DNA of 64,000 nucleotides from NCBI GenBank assembly GCA_965287045.1, contig OZ336873.1, forward strand, positions 107,570,001 to 107,634,000. Reading direction: 5' to 3'. The notes beneath the pieces were generated by a model. It saw nothing but the letters and a program-made list of their open reading frames with translations. It was not told the origin of the DNA and searched no databases. The stretch comes from Carcharhinus amblyrhynchos. Its lineage: Eukaryota. Shown piece after piece: positions 37,709 to 50,320 of this stretch (the stretch's first letter is position 1; each line of letters begins with the position of its first letter). The position numbers and the translations under genes are program-made.

Positions 37709-37913
37709 TGTGGAGTTGCTGGTCTTGGACTGGGGTAGGCACAGTAAATAGTCTCACAACACCAAGTTAAAGACCAACAGGTTTATTTGGTAGCATGAGA
37801 TTTTGGATTGCTGCAGCCTGCACTCACTTGATGAAGGAGTACTGCTCTAAAAGCACCTGCTATCAAATAAATCTGTTGGGCTTTAACCTGGTGTTGTGAG
37901 GCTACTTACTGTG
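37709..37913. mobile_element. Miniature Penelope-like fold-back element (family 1 pLTR ends only)
   Basis: Inverted arms ctcacaacaccaagttaaag / ctttaacctggtgttgtgag. Perfect 12-bp TSD acttcagaatga (37697-37708 and 37914-37925). Confidence 0.85.
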
Positions 37914-37994
37914 ACTTCAGAATGAATGATCTTGGACTATGGGAACGTAAGGCAGCCAGGGCTGTTACAATAGAAGACAGCTTCTCATTTGGAA

Positions 37995-39018
37995 CAACTG
38001 GAGGCCTGTGACCAGTGCTGTGCCTCAGGAATCAGTGCTGGGTCGATTGTTATTTGTCATTTATATCAATGATTTGGATGAGAATATAGGAGGCATGGTT
38101 AATAAGTTTGCAGATGACACTAAGATTGTTGGCATTGTGGACAGTGAAGAAAGTTATATTCAATTGTAATGGAATCTTGATCAATTGGGCCAGTGGGCTG
38201 ACAAATGGCAGATGGAGTTTAATTTAGACAAATGCGAAGTGATGCATTTTGGTAGATTGAACCAGAGCAGGACTTACTCAGTTAATGGTAGGGCGCTGGG
38301 GAGAGTTACAGTTCAAAGAGATCTAGGGGTACATCTTCATAGCTCCTTGAAAGTGGAGTCACAGGTGGACAGAGTGGTGAAGGAGGCATTTGGCATGCTT
38401 GGTTTAATTTGTCAGAACATTGAACACAGGAGTTGGAATGTCTTGTTAAAGTTGTACAAGACATTGGTAATGCCACACATGGAATACTGTGTGCAATTCT
38501 GGTTACCGTAATATAGAAAGTATATTATTAAACTAGAAAGAGTGCAGAAAAGATCTACTAGGATGCTACTGGTTTGAATGATAAGGAGAAGCTGGATAGA
38601 CTGGGACTTTTTCCTCTGGAGCGTAGGAGGCTGAGGGGTAACCTTATAAGAGTCTATTACATAATGAAGGGCACAGATCAGCTAGATAGTCAATATCTTT
38701 TCCCAAACATAGGGAAGTCTAAAACTAGAGGGCATAGGTTTAAGGTGAGAGGGGAGAGATACAGAAGAGTCCAGAGGGGCAATTCTTTCACAGAGGGCGG
38801 TGAGTGTCTGGAACAAGCTGCAAGAGGTAGTAGTAGAGGCGGGTTCAATTTTGTCTTTTAAAAAGCATTTAGATAGTTACATGGGTATGATGGATATAGA
38901 GGGGTAGGGGCCTAATGCAGACAATTGGGATAAGCTTAGGGGTTGTCAAAAAAAGGACAGCATGGACAAGTTGGGCCAAAGGGCCTGTATCCATGCTGTA
39001 AACCTCTATGATTCTATG
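37995..39018 (+). mobile_element. CR1 LINE, RT to 3' UTR (second subfamily)
   Basis: Translates KFADDTKI and WADKWQMEFNLDKCEVMHFG...MEYCVQFW; tail ctctatgattctatg. Confidence 0.93.
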
Positions 39019-41260
39019 TATTCCGAATTTACAAGGTGGATGTGTTTTGCTTTTGGTTCCATTTTTGAAACTTCAGTCAGTGACAAAATACAGCAAGCCC
39101 TGGTGGGAGAGGTAAGAGACAATAGGTCGACTAAAGCAGTAATGCTATCAGCAATGGTCGGGAACAAGATGGCTACCAATGTTAGCCTTATGAGCAGGAT
39201 CATACAACTCCAAGCGATAATGCAGGTGACGAACAGATACAATGAATTTTTCAGGGTCAGATGAGTCATGTGGGTTCAAGCCGGTGGTAATCATTCTCCC
39301 ATTTAACTGTCCAGCATCCCATATTGCTGGGCAACGATGGGAGGTAACGTCCGTAATTTATGACAAATGAAATCCCATGAGGTCATGATGTGAATTGCTA
39401 TTGGCTAGAGTTAATGACAGGATGGTTATTGACTCATTTGGATTAATATTTCCTGGATAATGTCCACCGGAAAGATGGGCAATATAATTTGGTAAATGTG
39501 TAATTGCCTTCACAGGGCATTGTTTTCTTGACTGATGTCTGGCTGCCTGCATTCTTTATCTTGAATGTAGGGCTTCCTCATATCATCTTCATATTCGATC
39601 ATTTGGTTAAATGAAGTCACATCTTCAGAATTAGTACACTGCCTTTTGAGTCATTGTATTTAGCTTAAACCTGAACGAATACATAGCCTCAGGAGGAAAC
39701 CACTGTCTAAAATAAAGACGAGGCTCCAGTTCTATTCTTCTCCACTTGGATATCTGCATTTTAACATAAGAGACTGCTGGATTTCTGTGGGGAAGACTAC
39801 AGATGGCCTTACAGGATAACCTAGTGTAGCCCTGACCCAAGAAGGCAACATATTGAACTGCAACTTGGCACAGATCTGGGGAGCCTAGCTGACAGGCACA
39901 AACAAGGGTACTGATGTGGTGAAGTGGTAACAGTGAGAGGATGAATGATTTAATCTTGAGCGAGAGGGGAGTACAGAAGCTTCTTACTCTGCAATCCTAG
40001 AAATATATCGGCACACAGGTTGCTGGTCTACTGTGAGAGGCAGCAAACCTTGTTGATTACAAAGGTCTGCCATGATAGTAGCAGCCTGAGTTTGCATGCA
40101 AGACTTTCGTCTCAGGTTTCACTGAAACACAGGGACACTGGGAATTAATCTGGTGGCTTTCCTGGGCCCCTGTGGGTAGAGGACATTTCAACTCATGTTA
40201 ACCTCCTGCTTTAATGTCTTGATGTATTTGAGAATCATGCAGCACACTCTCCCTGTTGTAGGTTTTCCCTGCTCAGAATCTCCCCAGCACCTGCTCCAAC
40301 AAAATTACACTTTGCGTTTAAGTAATGTAGATTAGCTTTAAATGACACCTGATTCACACAAGTGTGGCCCCCCTGCTGAGGCACACTGCTTCTCAACAGC
40401 GCATTTACCTCAGGCTGGTTTCAGCTATCATGTATATAAGAAAGCAGCATAAAGATAATGTGCTGCCCACATTGGAAGGAATAGGCTTGGATTACTCTCA
40501 TATCATGATCCCTGTGTCTATACTCAGCAACAATCCAATTTTGCCCCTATGAGTTATAAGAAGCATCTTAAAGAAAAAGTGAGAATAGAGAGGCAGAAGG
40601 TTTAGAGGAAGAATCCCAGAGCACATAGACAAACTGAATAAGCATCTTTCATTGGTGTTTTTAAATGAAATTAGTACATTGTATTCTCCCAATATGGCAG
40701 CTAAATTAACTATGGTATATTGCTTATGGAATTTTGCTAATACCTTGCCGATAAAATGCCACATATTTCTCTCTTTGAAAACCTTCAACTAGAAATTGCT
40801 GTTGCCAATATTAGCATTGAAAAATGCTAATTCATGCCATGTCTCTATCTATTATTTTAATAGTAGTGTTCATCTGTTTAAAGTAATTCATTTCCAGTCT
40901 CCTTTTTTCCTTCTAAAGGACTTTGTGCCAGAGTGTCTCCATTGAATGACTATAGATTTGTTAGCGGCAACTTTAAAGCAAAGGTGACATTTGAATGAAC
41001 TTATTGATTTAGTGCTCTGAAAATAATGTTTTGTGGCGATGTTTTGCAGCTGACAACTGAATGTGTTTCTGAATGTGTTTTGGACTCGCAAGTGGAGTTA
41101 TTTCTGTGTTTAATTACTCAGTCACAAGCCACAAGCAGCACAGGCCACAGATGTCTCCTGCTCTATAGGAAATCATTGCAAGAATCCAAAAAAACATTTA
41201 TCTAACAAATCAAGGAGGACTGATTATATTGATAAAATAATTTAGAATGACATGAAAGAG

Positions 41261-41460
41261 TGACCCTTCAGTTGAAAGAAATTGCTTTAATACAAGCGTC
41301 CTTGCAGTTTATGAAGAAAAGATACTTCATGCTTCAAAATCACTTCAAGATTTTCTGGTCTAATGTAGTTTCCATGGAAAATACTGACCATGACTGCTGT
41401 GTCATTCTGTAGAAAATTAATTATTATCACTACCTACTGAAGTCATAGTTTAAACACTTT
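41261..41460 (+). repeat. Copy 2 of the ~200-bp local duplication; candidate small ORF or terminal exon ending CCVIL*
   Basis: Aligns with 33401-33600. AG at 41270-41271 is followed by an open frame 41272-41412. The confidence value applies to the duplication; coding status is unproven. Confidence 0.85.
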
Positions 41461-42699
41461 TCATAATAAGAAATCTAAATGTCATGATCTGATTCTATAT
41501 TGTCGACAAAGAGAAAAATCCATTTTAATTAATGGATATCTTAGACCAAATGTGTTTTCTGCCCTTGAAAGGGGGAATACGAATGGTTTATTTGTGGTTG
41601 CATAAAAGTAGCTCGAAAAAAATTTCATCATCTTCCAGAGAGACATTGACCTTCGAGCTAATTGAAAACCTGCATTCCAATAGCTTCGACAAAAATCAAT
41701 CCAACTACTGTTACATGGCGAAGGGATTATTGAGAGTTGTCTGCAGATCAAGATATTTGAAATCACAAGGCAACTGAGATATGCTCACTTCATACTTAAT
41801 GAGCTGTTACCAAAGCCTAGACTGAAAAAAAAATTAATCTCTCTTTTCGTCATTACATTTCCTGCATTCGGATATAAAACCAATCAAATGACTTTCATCA
41901 ATGGTGACTAAAAAGTTGATGGACTTTGATACTGTTCAAATGGTTCACAAGCAGGGTTTGATAGTTCAGAGGTCTACATCTAATGAAACCTAATTTTCAT
42001 GGTCAGTTTGTCCACAGTTGTTTGAAGGCACAACATCACACAACCTTAACATCACAAGCAGCAGCTGAATGATCACAGATGCTTCACAGAATTGGTTAGG
42101 GAGCTTTATGCTGGGAAATTTGCAGAGTAAATTACACAGGAGCAAAGGTGGGTGATCGGACAACCCAGAAAACAACCCACTGGAGTCCAGCTTCACGTTC
42201 TGGCCCCGCTACAGAAGGCATAAAAGAATACTGTTAGAAGAAACGGTGTTAATAGAAGAACAGTTTTATTTATTAAACTGCTTGTGAGGGCTGAATCGCT
42301 TTCCCAGAGTATCACCAGAGGCAGTTTGTGTAGAAGCCCCTGGTAATGATTGCCTTTCAGCTTCAAAAAAAAGAACCTGCAACAGCAGCAGTCGGTAACT
42401 TTAAACCAGGTACTTATCTACATGTAGAAGAAGATCACTCTAAATAATGTTGCCTCAGTCCTGATAAGTATGCGTTGGATTTGAAAGTCATGACTTCCAT
42501 TTGTCTACGCTGCGTTCTCAGGCAGCGAATTCCAAATCATAATCATACACTGCATGAAAATTCCTCACGTGCTACACCCCTCTCCACCTACGAAAGTGAG
42601 TTTTGGTCCTCTAGAGAGTGTGTCTGGGGAATTAGTAATGGGAAGTAAAGAAATGGCAGAAGTGTTGAACAATTATTGTGAGTGGCATTTTCGATTTTT

Positions 42700-43430
42700 T
42701 GTAAAATGCTGACTGAAGCAAGAAAACCGGTGTATATCTTGTTGGCTGCACAGTTAGCTTTTTTCACCATATCTTACAGCATTCTGTGCAAAATGAAATG
42801 GAGGTGTCACCCATGACATCAGGCTGTCAGTGTGGGGCTGGAAAAAGTCAGGATCCTGAGATCAGGCAGTATCTTTAAATCGTGCCTTAATCTCCAATAG
42901 AAAACACAGAAACCCCCTCCCATGCACTGGTGGACTCCACCACTGCCCACCCACATACATGGGCAACCCCTCCTCCATGACCCCCTGCCCCACAAGTATA
43001 GCGTACCTCCCACAACAGAGCTCCCCAGGGATCTCCTGGCATGGTCCTTTGGCACTGCCAGGGCAGTGTCAGGAAACCCCTGGGGACATGGCCATGAATG
43101 TCCCCCACTCTTATGGGGCTATACTTACCCATGCATCCCACCTCCACCAGCAGCCCCCCCCCCATCCCATCCCACAATTAGCAGGTTGCCTCCATTTTGT
43201 TCCTGTTTTCCAAAACTTGCTCACACGACGTCACGTTATCAAAGGAGGAAGATCCCGTTGTCAGGGGACAATACGGTGGGGAAGTCCTTTAATATCATCA
43301 GACTTCATTTAAACGAGTTTCCCAATTTTTCTAGGTGGGAATCTTGCTCTTGTCACCAGCGGGGAAACTGGCAAAATTCTCAATTTCTGACTCTCACGAG
43401 ATCTTTGCACTCACTTTATCGTTTCCACCC
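42700..43430. mobile_element. Harbinger-like MITE remnant
   Basis: C-rich core with ggcactgccagggcagtgtc motifs, like the other MITEs here; termini eroded. Confidence 0.55.
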
Positions 43431-43965
43431 CTTTTTTTTATCTGTTTTCACTGTAGAAGACCCAAATAACATCCTAAAATATTTCAAATCAAGATGTAAA
43501 AGGGAAGGAGTGTAAGACCATCACAATCATAAGGGAATGGGCACCGAGAAAACTGTTAGAACTAAAGGTTGACAGGTCCCAAAACCTGATGGATTTCATC
43601 CTAAAATCTTAAAAGAAGTGGCAACAGAAATAGTAGGTGCAATTTTCCAAAATGTCCCAGGCTCTGGGACTGCTCCATCAGATTGGAAAATATAACAACA
43701 AGAAAGGGGGATGGACAGAAAGTGCAGTGCCACAAATCAATTTACAATCAATAACTATGACTAAGGTGAAGGGATAGAATATATGATTGCTAAATTTACT
43801 GATGGCACAAAAATAGTTAGAAAAGTATGTTGTGACAGGAATACCTACAAATAGATATCAACAGGTTAAGAGAGTGAGTAAAAAATTGGCACGGGGGTAT
43901 AATCTGCGAGGATGTGAATTTATCTGGAATAGAAAAGAATAGAAAAGCAGTATATTATTTGAATG

Positions 43966-45086
43966 AGGTGGAGATGCTGACATTGGATTGAGGAGGGCAC
44001 AGTATGAAGTTTCACAACACCAGAATAAAGTCCAACAGGTTTATTTGGAATCATGAACTTTCAGAGCGCTGCTCCTTCATCAGGTGAGTGGAGATTAGTT
44101 GATAAACACAGCATGTACAGGCAAAGACACAATTGCAAGGTAACTAAAGATTGGAATGCGGTGAATGGTTGGAATGCGAACCTTTACAAGTAATCAAGTC
44201 TTTACAGGTTCAGAGAGTGTACCTCTCTCCATGCACACTGTTTGTACCTGTAAAGACTTAATTATGTGTAAAGACACACATTCCAACCATTCTTCACTTT
44301 CCAACATGTAATCATCTAGCAATTGTGTCATTGGCAATATATGCTGTGACTTGTGACTCGGCCAACATTGTCTACCTGATACGCTGCAGGAAAGGGTGTC
44401 CCGAAGCATGGTACATTAGTGAGATCATGCAGATGCTACGATAATGAATGAATGGACACCACTTGACAATCACCAGTCAGAAGTGTTCCCTTCCTGTTGG
44501 GGAACACTTCAGCAGTCAAGGGCATTTAGCCTCTGATCTTTGGTTAGGTATTCTCTGAGGCGGCCTTCACGACACATGGCAGTGCAGAGTTGCTGAGCAG
44601 AAACTGATAGTCAACTTCCCCACACATGAGGACAGCCTCAACCAGGATCTTGGGTTCATGTCACGCTATCTGTAACCTACACAACTTGCCTCGGCTTGCA
44701 AAATTTCACTAACTGTCCTGGCTGGAGACAATACACACCTCTTTAACCTGTACTTAACCCTTTCTCCACTCACATTGTCTGCACCTGTAAAGACTTGATT
44801 ACCTGTTAAGACTCACATTCCAACCACTATCTTGTAATTGAGTTGCTGTCTATACATGCCCTGTTTGTGAACCAAATGCTTCATTCACCCGATGAAGAGG
44901 CAGTGCTCCAAAAGCTCATGTTACTAAATAAACCTGACATTGTGAGACTACTTATTGTGTCTACCCCACATTACGCTGTGTTGGTCAACTACCTTCACTC
45001 CCCTGATGAAGGAGCAGTGCTCCAAAAGCTCGTGATTCCAGAAAAAAACCTGTTGGGCTTTAATCTGTTGTTGTGAGACTTTTTAC
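43966..45086 (+). mobile_element. Penelope-like element, family 1: inverted pLTR, GIY-YIG 3' ORF remnant, tandem pLTRs
   Basis: 44340-44675 translates TCDSANIVYLIRCRKGCPEAWYISE...VGEHFS (GIY-YIG motif). TSD tattattt[g/a]aatg (43953-43965 and 45087-45099). Confidence 0.9.
44051..44087 (-). ncRNA. Minimal hammerhead ribozyme motif
   Basis: RNA: ucac CUGAUGA a GGAGC agc GCUCU GAAA guuc auga. Confidence 0.65.
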
Positions 45087-45642
45087 TATTATTTAAATGG
45101 AGAGAGATGCAGAACTTTGTTGCACAGAAGGACTTGGGTGTGCTAGTTCAAGGATCACAAATGGCCAGTATGCCGATATAGCCAGTGATTGGGAAGGCAA
45201 ATGGAATGTTAGTGTTTACTGCAAAGGGAATGCAGTGATTTTGCAAAATATATAATGTTCAACATAAAAGATGTTGTGTCGACTTGACAGGATGGATGTT
45301 GAAAGGATGTTTCCTCTTATGGGACAGACTAGAACTAAGTGGCGAAGTTTAAAAATAAGGGGTTTCCAATTTAAGAGGAGGATGAAGAGAATTGTTTTTT
45401 TCTCTCTCAGAGGGTTATTAGTCTGTGGAATTCTCTTCTTCAGGGATCAGTGAAAGCAGGGTTGTTGAATATTTTTACAGCTGATTTGGATAGATACTTG
45501 ATCGACAAGATAGTCAAAGTGTATAGGGGGCCACATTCACAGATCCACCATGATCTTTTCAAATGGTAGAGCAGGCTCATGGGGCAAATTACCCTACTCC
45601 CACTTTAAGTTCCTAAAGATGTTTGAATTAAAATATGTAAAC

Positions 45643-46457
45643 TGTAACATTTGTGTATCTTTAAGAGATTTCTTTTAAAATCATGTTCTCTGTACTCTCA
45701 GCCCTCAAAGTTGCCAAACTGTCTGTAGAAGTAATTTTATTGCTATTTAAATGGGATTTGTTTGTTTTTATTCTGGGATCTTTTATGACCCTGCAGTGTT
45801 AGGAGGAAGGTCATGTGTTTTAGAGCTTTTTTTCCCTTTCCTAACGAATTTAAGGTTTCATTTTTTCTGTTCGGCTGGCAGCAGTTTTGGTTTAGAAGGG
45901 CCATCAATGTGAAAAGAGGTGTTTGTCTCTCTCCCTGAATTTGGAAATTCTGCTGGCTAGGTGAAAGCAAGGCTTCTTGCATTCCTAGAGTAGAGAATCG
46001 GCTGTTGGTTGCTCAACCAGTCTCTCCCTGGTGTTCTGACTCCAAGCTTGTCAGCATGTGCCTCAAGAGAACAGCAGCATTCAACCCAATGGACTCAGTC
46101 CCAGTATCACGTGAACATTAGTTTTTGCTGTGTTAAACTTATGGATTTTTTTTTAATCTATAGAAAGTTTTGTTTGATTGGAATATTTTAGATATATTTG
46201 TTAAGGGTTATACATTATCATGATTGTTTTGTTTTTGTTTATAAATGATAAAAATTATTGCTAATTTTCTTTCCATACATGCTAACTACATTCTTAAATA
46301 AACTTTTATTTATATAAAAAAATCTCCCTGGTGGGTCATTTGAATCATACCAGAGGTGAAACATGTCATGCTTATCCTTGTCAAATTCAAAGCGCAAAAC
46401 TTATGATCCAGATGGGTTTCATAAAACACTTTGGAGTTTCTGACCCGAATTATAACA
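45643..46457 (+). mobile_element. Solo LTR (815 bp), probably Gypsy-type
   Basis: Starts TGTAACA and ends TATAACA, flanked by a 4-bp AAAC direct repeat (45639-45642 and 46458-46461). AATAAA near 46298. Two related fragments lie at 655 and 2109. Confidence 0.85.
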
Positions 46458-47556
46458 AAACTGAGGAGAAAACAATTGTTTTTGGCTGTTCTTGAGAGTC
46501 AAACTTTCATGAGGTTAAGATACTTCTTTAAGACAGGTCTGTGCATTTAGTCGAGAGGTACAAAAAGGCAACTGTCTGACCGCCTGTCCTCCGTCCATAA
46601 CAGCTTTTGGGAATCCTTGTCATGGGCAGACTGGAAGCTGCATTACCCTGCAGTATAATCATTACTATACTTCATGTGTATCATATAACTACAAAACACA
46701 TTGGGATGTCTGAAGGTCATGGAAAGGGGAATATAATTGTAAGTTCTTTCTTAATGTTTTTTAAAAAATGGTGGGTACAGATAACATTACGAGCAAGTGA
46801 AAGGGGGTGAACTGGCTCCCAACTATTCAACCTCTTCAGTTGGTCACAACAAAGATTTAAGTTTCTTTTTTTAACAAGTTTATGCCTTTTTCAAATCAGA
46901 ATGCATTTAACTATTTAAGCTGTGAGGAATAGGGAGCCAATAAAGTCAAAGAATGAGTAAGTTTATTAACTGCTAAACCTGAGAAAATTATTATAAATGC
47001 AGCATCCCTCATGCAGCCATTTGGCCCTCGTACAGTTATTGGAGCCCACAGGCACAAAAATAAAGGGGCCAGGCTAGTGACAATAATCTTTTATGGATGT
47101 TGAGAAGGTGCTGGATTGCTTGCTCTGCTTTTATACGGCAATATGTAGCTTCAGACAATAGGAAGAATTGTAGAACGTTGATAATTGTTCTGATCTTTGT
47201 ACTGAAATTAGTTTCCTGCCGTTTAGTAAAGAAATGTTTCTTTTTCTTTTCTCCCCTAATTGCTGCTGAACAAAAATATGTTATGACATATTGATTTTTC
47301 GGAAATATGTTACTGGAATGACTCCTAAACAGATGATAGAGTATTTATTTCAAACAAACTAGAAATTCTAATCAAGAGTAAAACTTGGTTTAAATAGATC
47401 CACAGCTGTATGTTCATAATATTGAACCTGAAATTTGAAAGGGTGCTCAAGAACTTCAGAAGAATCTGATTTAACTTAGTCAGCATTAAACAGTTTTCAA
47501 GCAAAGCAGTAATTCTCAGGAATACAGAGAATATCATGACAGCTTGGGAAATCAAG

Positions 47557-48046
47557 GGGACAATTTTGCCCCCTCATTTGCTTTAAGCATAGATGGCTAC
47601 ATGGGCACAAAATCTTGCAAGTTCCCTTTATATGTAATACGGGAGGGAGAGAGCTGAAGACTTTGAGGAGGGGTGAGGAGGAGTGGACTTGGCAGTGGTG
47701 GGGAAGCACTAACATTGATGGGAGACCTGCCAATGAGGGCAGGTTGCCAGCGACACTACTGTGATAAGAGTGTAGGGGAGTCGTGGAGATGAGAAAGAGC
47801 TTCTGATAGCTGTACGAGGAGCCACCCAGTAATTGTGCGAGATGGGGGGGGGGGAAGCCCCTGGATACATATACAGTCAAGGGGTAAATATTCAATCTAT
47901 TCAGATGGATGGTGTAAACCAACCCCCCTGGATTTTATTTTGTCTGAGTGGCTGCAGAACTAGTTTGAAAACTTGACAATGAGAGATGTACGCAAGTTTC
48001 CAGTCAGAGACTGCCATGCTGACAAATTATGGGAAAATTCCGTCCC
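47557..48046. mobile_element. Harbinger-like MITE
   Basis: TIRs gggacaatttt / aaaattccgtccc with aag on both flanks. Confidence 0.7.
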
Positions 48047-48261
48047 AAGATTCCTGTCAATTTCTGTACGGTGCCACATAATAAGTTCCAGTATTCAATA
48101 AACATGTCAGAAATGGAATTAAGAATGACTCATACAATCATACTGGAATGTACTCTGCAAATCAACAAAATTATGGACAATCTTGGAATTCAATTTCCAA
48201 AATCTGTCAATCTCAGCCTTTGACTGAGAAATCTCAGCCCTCCGTATCAAGAAATAGACGT

Positions 48262-49605
48262 AGAAACATAGAAGATAGGAGCAGGAGGAGGCCTTCAAGC
48301 CTGTTCCGCCATTCATTACGATCATGGCTGATCATCCAAATCAATAACCTAATCTTGCTTTTCCCCATAATCTTCAATCCCATTCATTCCAAGTGCTATA
48401 CCCAGCTGCCTCTTGAATACATTCAATGTTTGACATCAACCTCTTCCTGTGGTAATGAATTCCACAGGCTCACCAGTCTTTGGCTGAAGAAATGTCTCCT
48501 CACCTCCATCTGAAATGATCTACCCTGAATCCTCAGACTGTGACCCCTGGTTCTGGATTCCACCACACTGGGAACGCCCTCCCTGCATCTACTCTGTCTA
48601 GTCCTGTTAGAATTTTATAAGTATCTGTGAGATCCCCTCTCATTCATCTGAACTCCAGCGAAAACAATCCTAACCTAGTCAATTTGTCCTCATACATCAG
48701 TCCCACCATCTCCAGAATCAGCCTGATAAACCTTTCCTGCACTCCCCTAAGAGCAAGAACATCCTTCCTCAGAAAAGGAAACAAAAACTGCACACAATAC
48801 TCTAGGTGTAGTCTCACTAAGGCTCTGTATAACTGCAGCAACACATCCCTGCTCCTGTACTGGAAAGTTCTCGCAATGAAGGCCAACATGCATTTGCCTT
48901 CTTTGCATGAATCTGCATGCTTACCTTCAGTGACTGATGCACAAGGACATCCAGGTCCCGCTGCACACCCCCCTCTCCAATTTATAGCCATTCAGGTAGT
49001 ACGCTACCTTCTTGTTTTCGCTTTCAAAGTGAATAATGTCACATTTATCCAAATTATACTGCATCTGCCACTGATTAGCCTACTTACCCAACCTGTCCCG
49101 ATCATTCTGGAGGATCTCTATATCCTCATCACAGTTCACCCTTCCACCCAATTTGGTATCATCTGCAAACTTTGAGATGTTACTTTTTAGTTTCTCATCC
49201 AAATCATTAATATATATATAGCTGGGATCCCAGCACCGATCCCTATGGCACCCCACTAGTTACTGCCTGCCAATTCAAAAAATGCTTTAATCTTGCACAA
49301 TAATCTCTTATGCAGGACTTTGTCAAACGCTTTCTGAAAGTCCAAATATACTACTACTGGTTCCTCCTTGTAAACTATACTAGTTATACCTTCAAAGAAT
49401 TCCAACAGATTTGTCAAGCATGATTTCCCCTTCATAAATCCATGCTGACTCTGTCTGATTTTTAAATGCTCTGTTATAAAGTCCTTGCTAATGGATTTGA
49501 AAACCCCATTCCCTTACTGGTCTTAAGCTTACTGGTCTATAATTCTCTGTGTTTTCTCTACCTCCCTTTTTGAATATTGTGGTGACATTAGCTACCTTCC
49601 AATGT
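48262..49605 (-). mobile_element. Decayed CR1 LINE (RT to 3' UTR)
   Basis: Translates MLAFIARTFQYRSRDVLLQLYRALVRLHLEYCVQF; DFQKAFDK motif near 49320-49345. Confidence 0.92.
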
Positions 49606-49944
49606 CTTCCTTATATTCTTAAATGATTGATCTTTATCCTAAAGCTACACTTCCTCATTCTGGATTATTCACCCAAGGAAACAGCTGCCTCAAAATTTCC
49701 TAAGTTCTAATATCTCTTGATCTTCTAAACTGAAGAGAATTAGGGCCTTTGTACTCAGCCTTTCATCATAAACCTACTTTCTCATTCCAGTGAATGTTCA
49801 CTGTACTGTCTTCAAGGCAATTATATACTTATTATGCAGACCAAATGTGAGTACAATGCTCCAAGTGTAATTTCATGACAGCTTTCCCCCAAAAAGGCCT
49901 CAAACTCAACATCATCAAATTCCTCAAATCTGCCCTATACTACC

Positions 49945-50320
49945 AAAGTAGCAATTCAGAGGTTGGGAATTCAAGACTCATCATGGTAATTTGACATCAG
50001 TTTTGAAATGGAAATAAAATGCGGATGTCAGTAAAAGTGACCATGAATCTGTCACATGGTTGTAAGAACCAAAATGAGTGGCTTTTTGGGAAGGGAAGCT
50101 ACTGATTATTTTTTGGCCTAGAGGTAGCTCCAGTCCTGCATTAATGTGGTCAACTTTTAATTGTTCTCAGAAGTGGTTGAGCAAACCACTCAGAGACAAA
50201 TAACTCTTGTAGGATGTAGCAGACCATTTGAAGGCCCACCATCACCATCTCAGGGCAACTTGGGATGGATATTAAATGCTGACCATGGCCAGTGATACCT
50301 ACATCTCGGAAAATCAATTG
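49945..50320 (+). mobile_element. SINE sharing its 3' tail with the non-HER1 LINE family
   Basis: Homologous to 54495-54720; tail caccatctcagggcaacttgggatgg...aaatgctg. Confidence 0.65.

Larger units (their letters stand above)
43432..45615 (+). mobile_element. Old CR1 LINE split by a Penelope element
   Basis: cctgatggatttcatcctaaaatcttaaaagaagtggc (PDGFHPKILKEVA) and KFTDGTKI; resumes at 45087 and ends in a CR1 3' UTR. Confidence 0.85.

Noticed and set aside
33401-41412. Minus-strand exon reading of the duplicated segment (GTGAG donor in copy 1, ttttctacAG acceptor in copy 2)
   Set aside because: Neither copy has both sites intact, and the minus-strand frames I translated contain stops.
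42819-43515. 197-aa and overlapping ORFs
   Set aside because: They lie in a C-rich MITE remnant and a CR1 junction, with no recognisable protein.
48627-49175. 182-aa plus-strand ORF (similar cases: 31569..32201 minus, 24002..24244 plus)
   Set aside because: Antisense shadows of CR1 ORF2.
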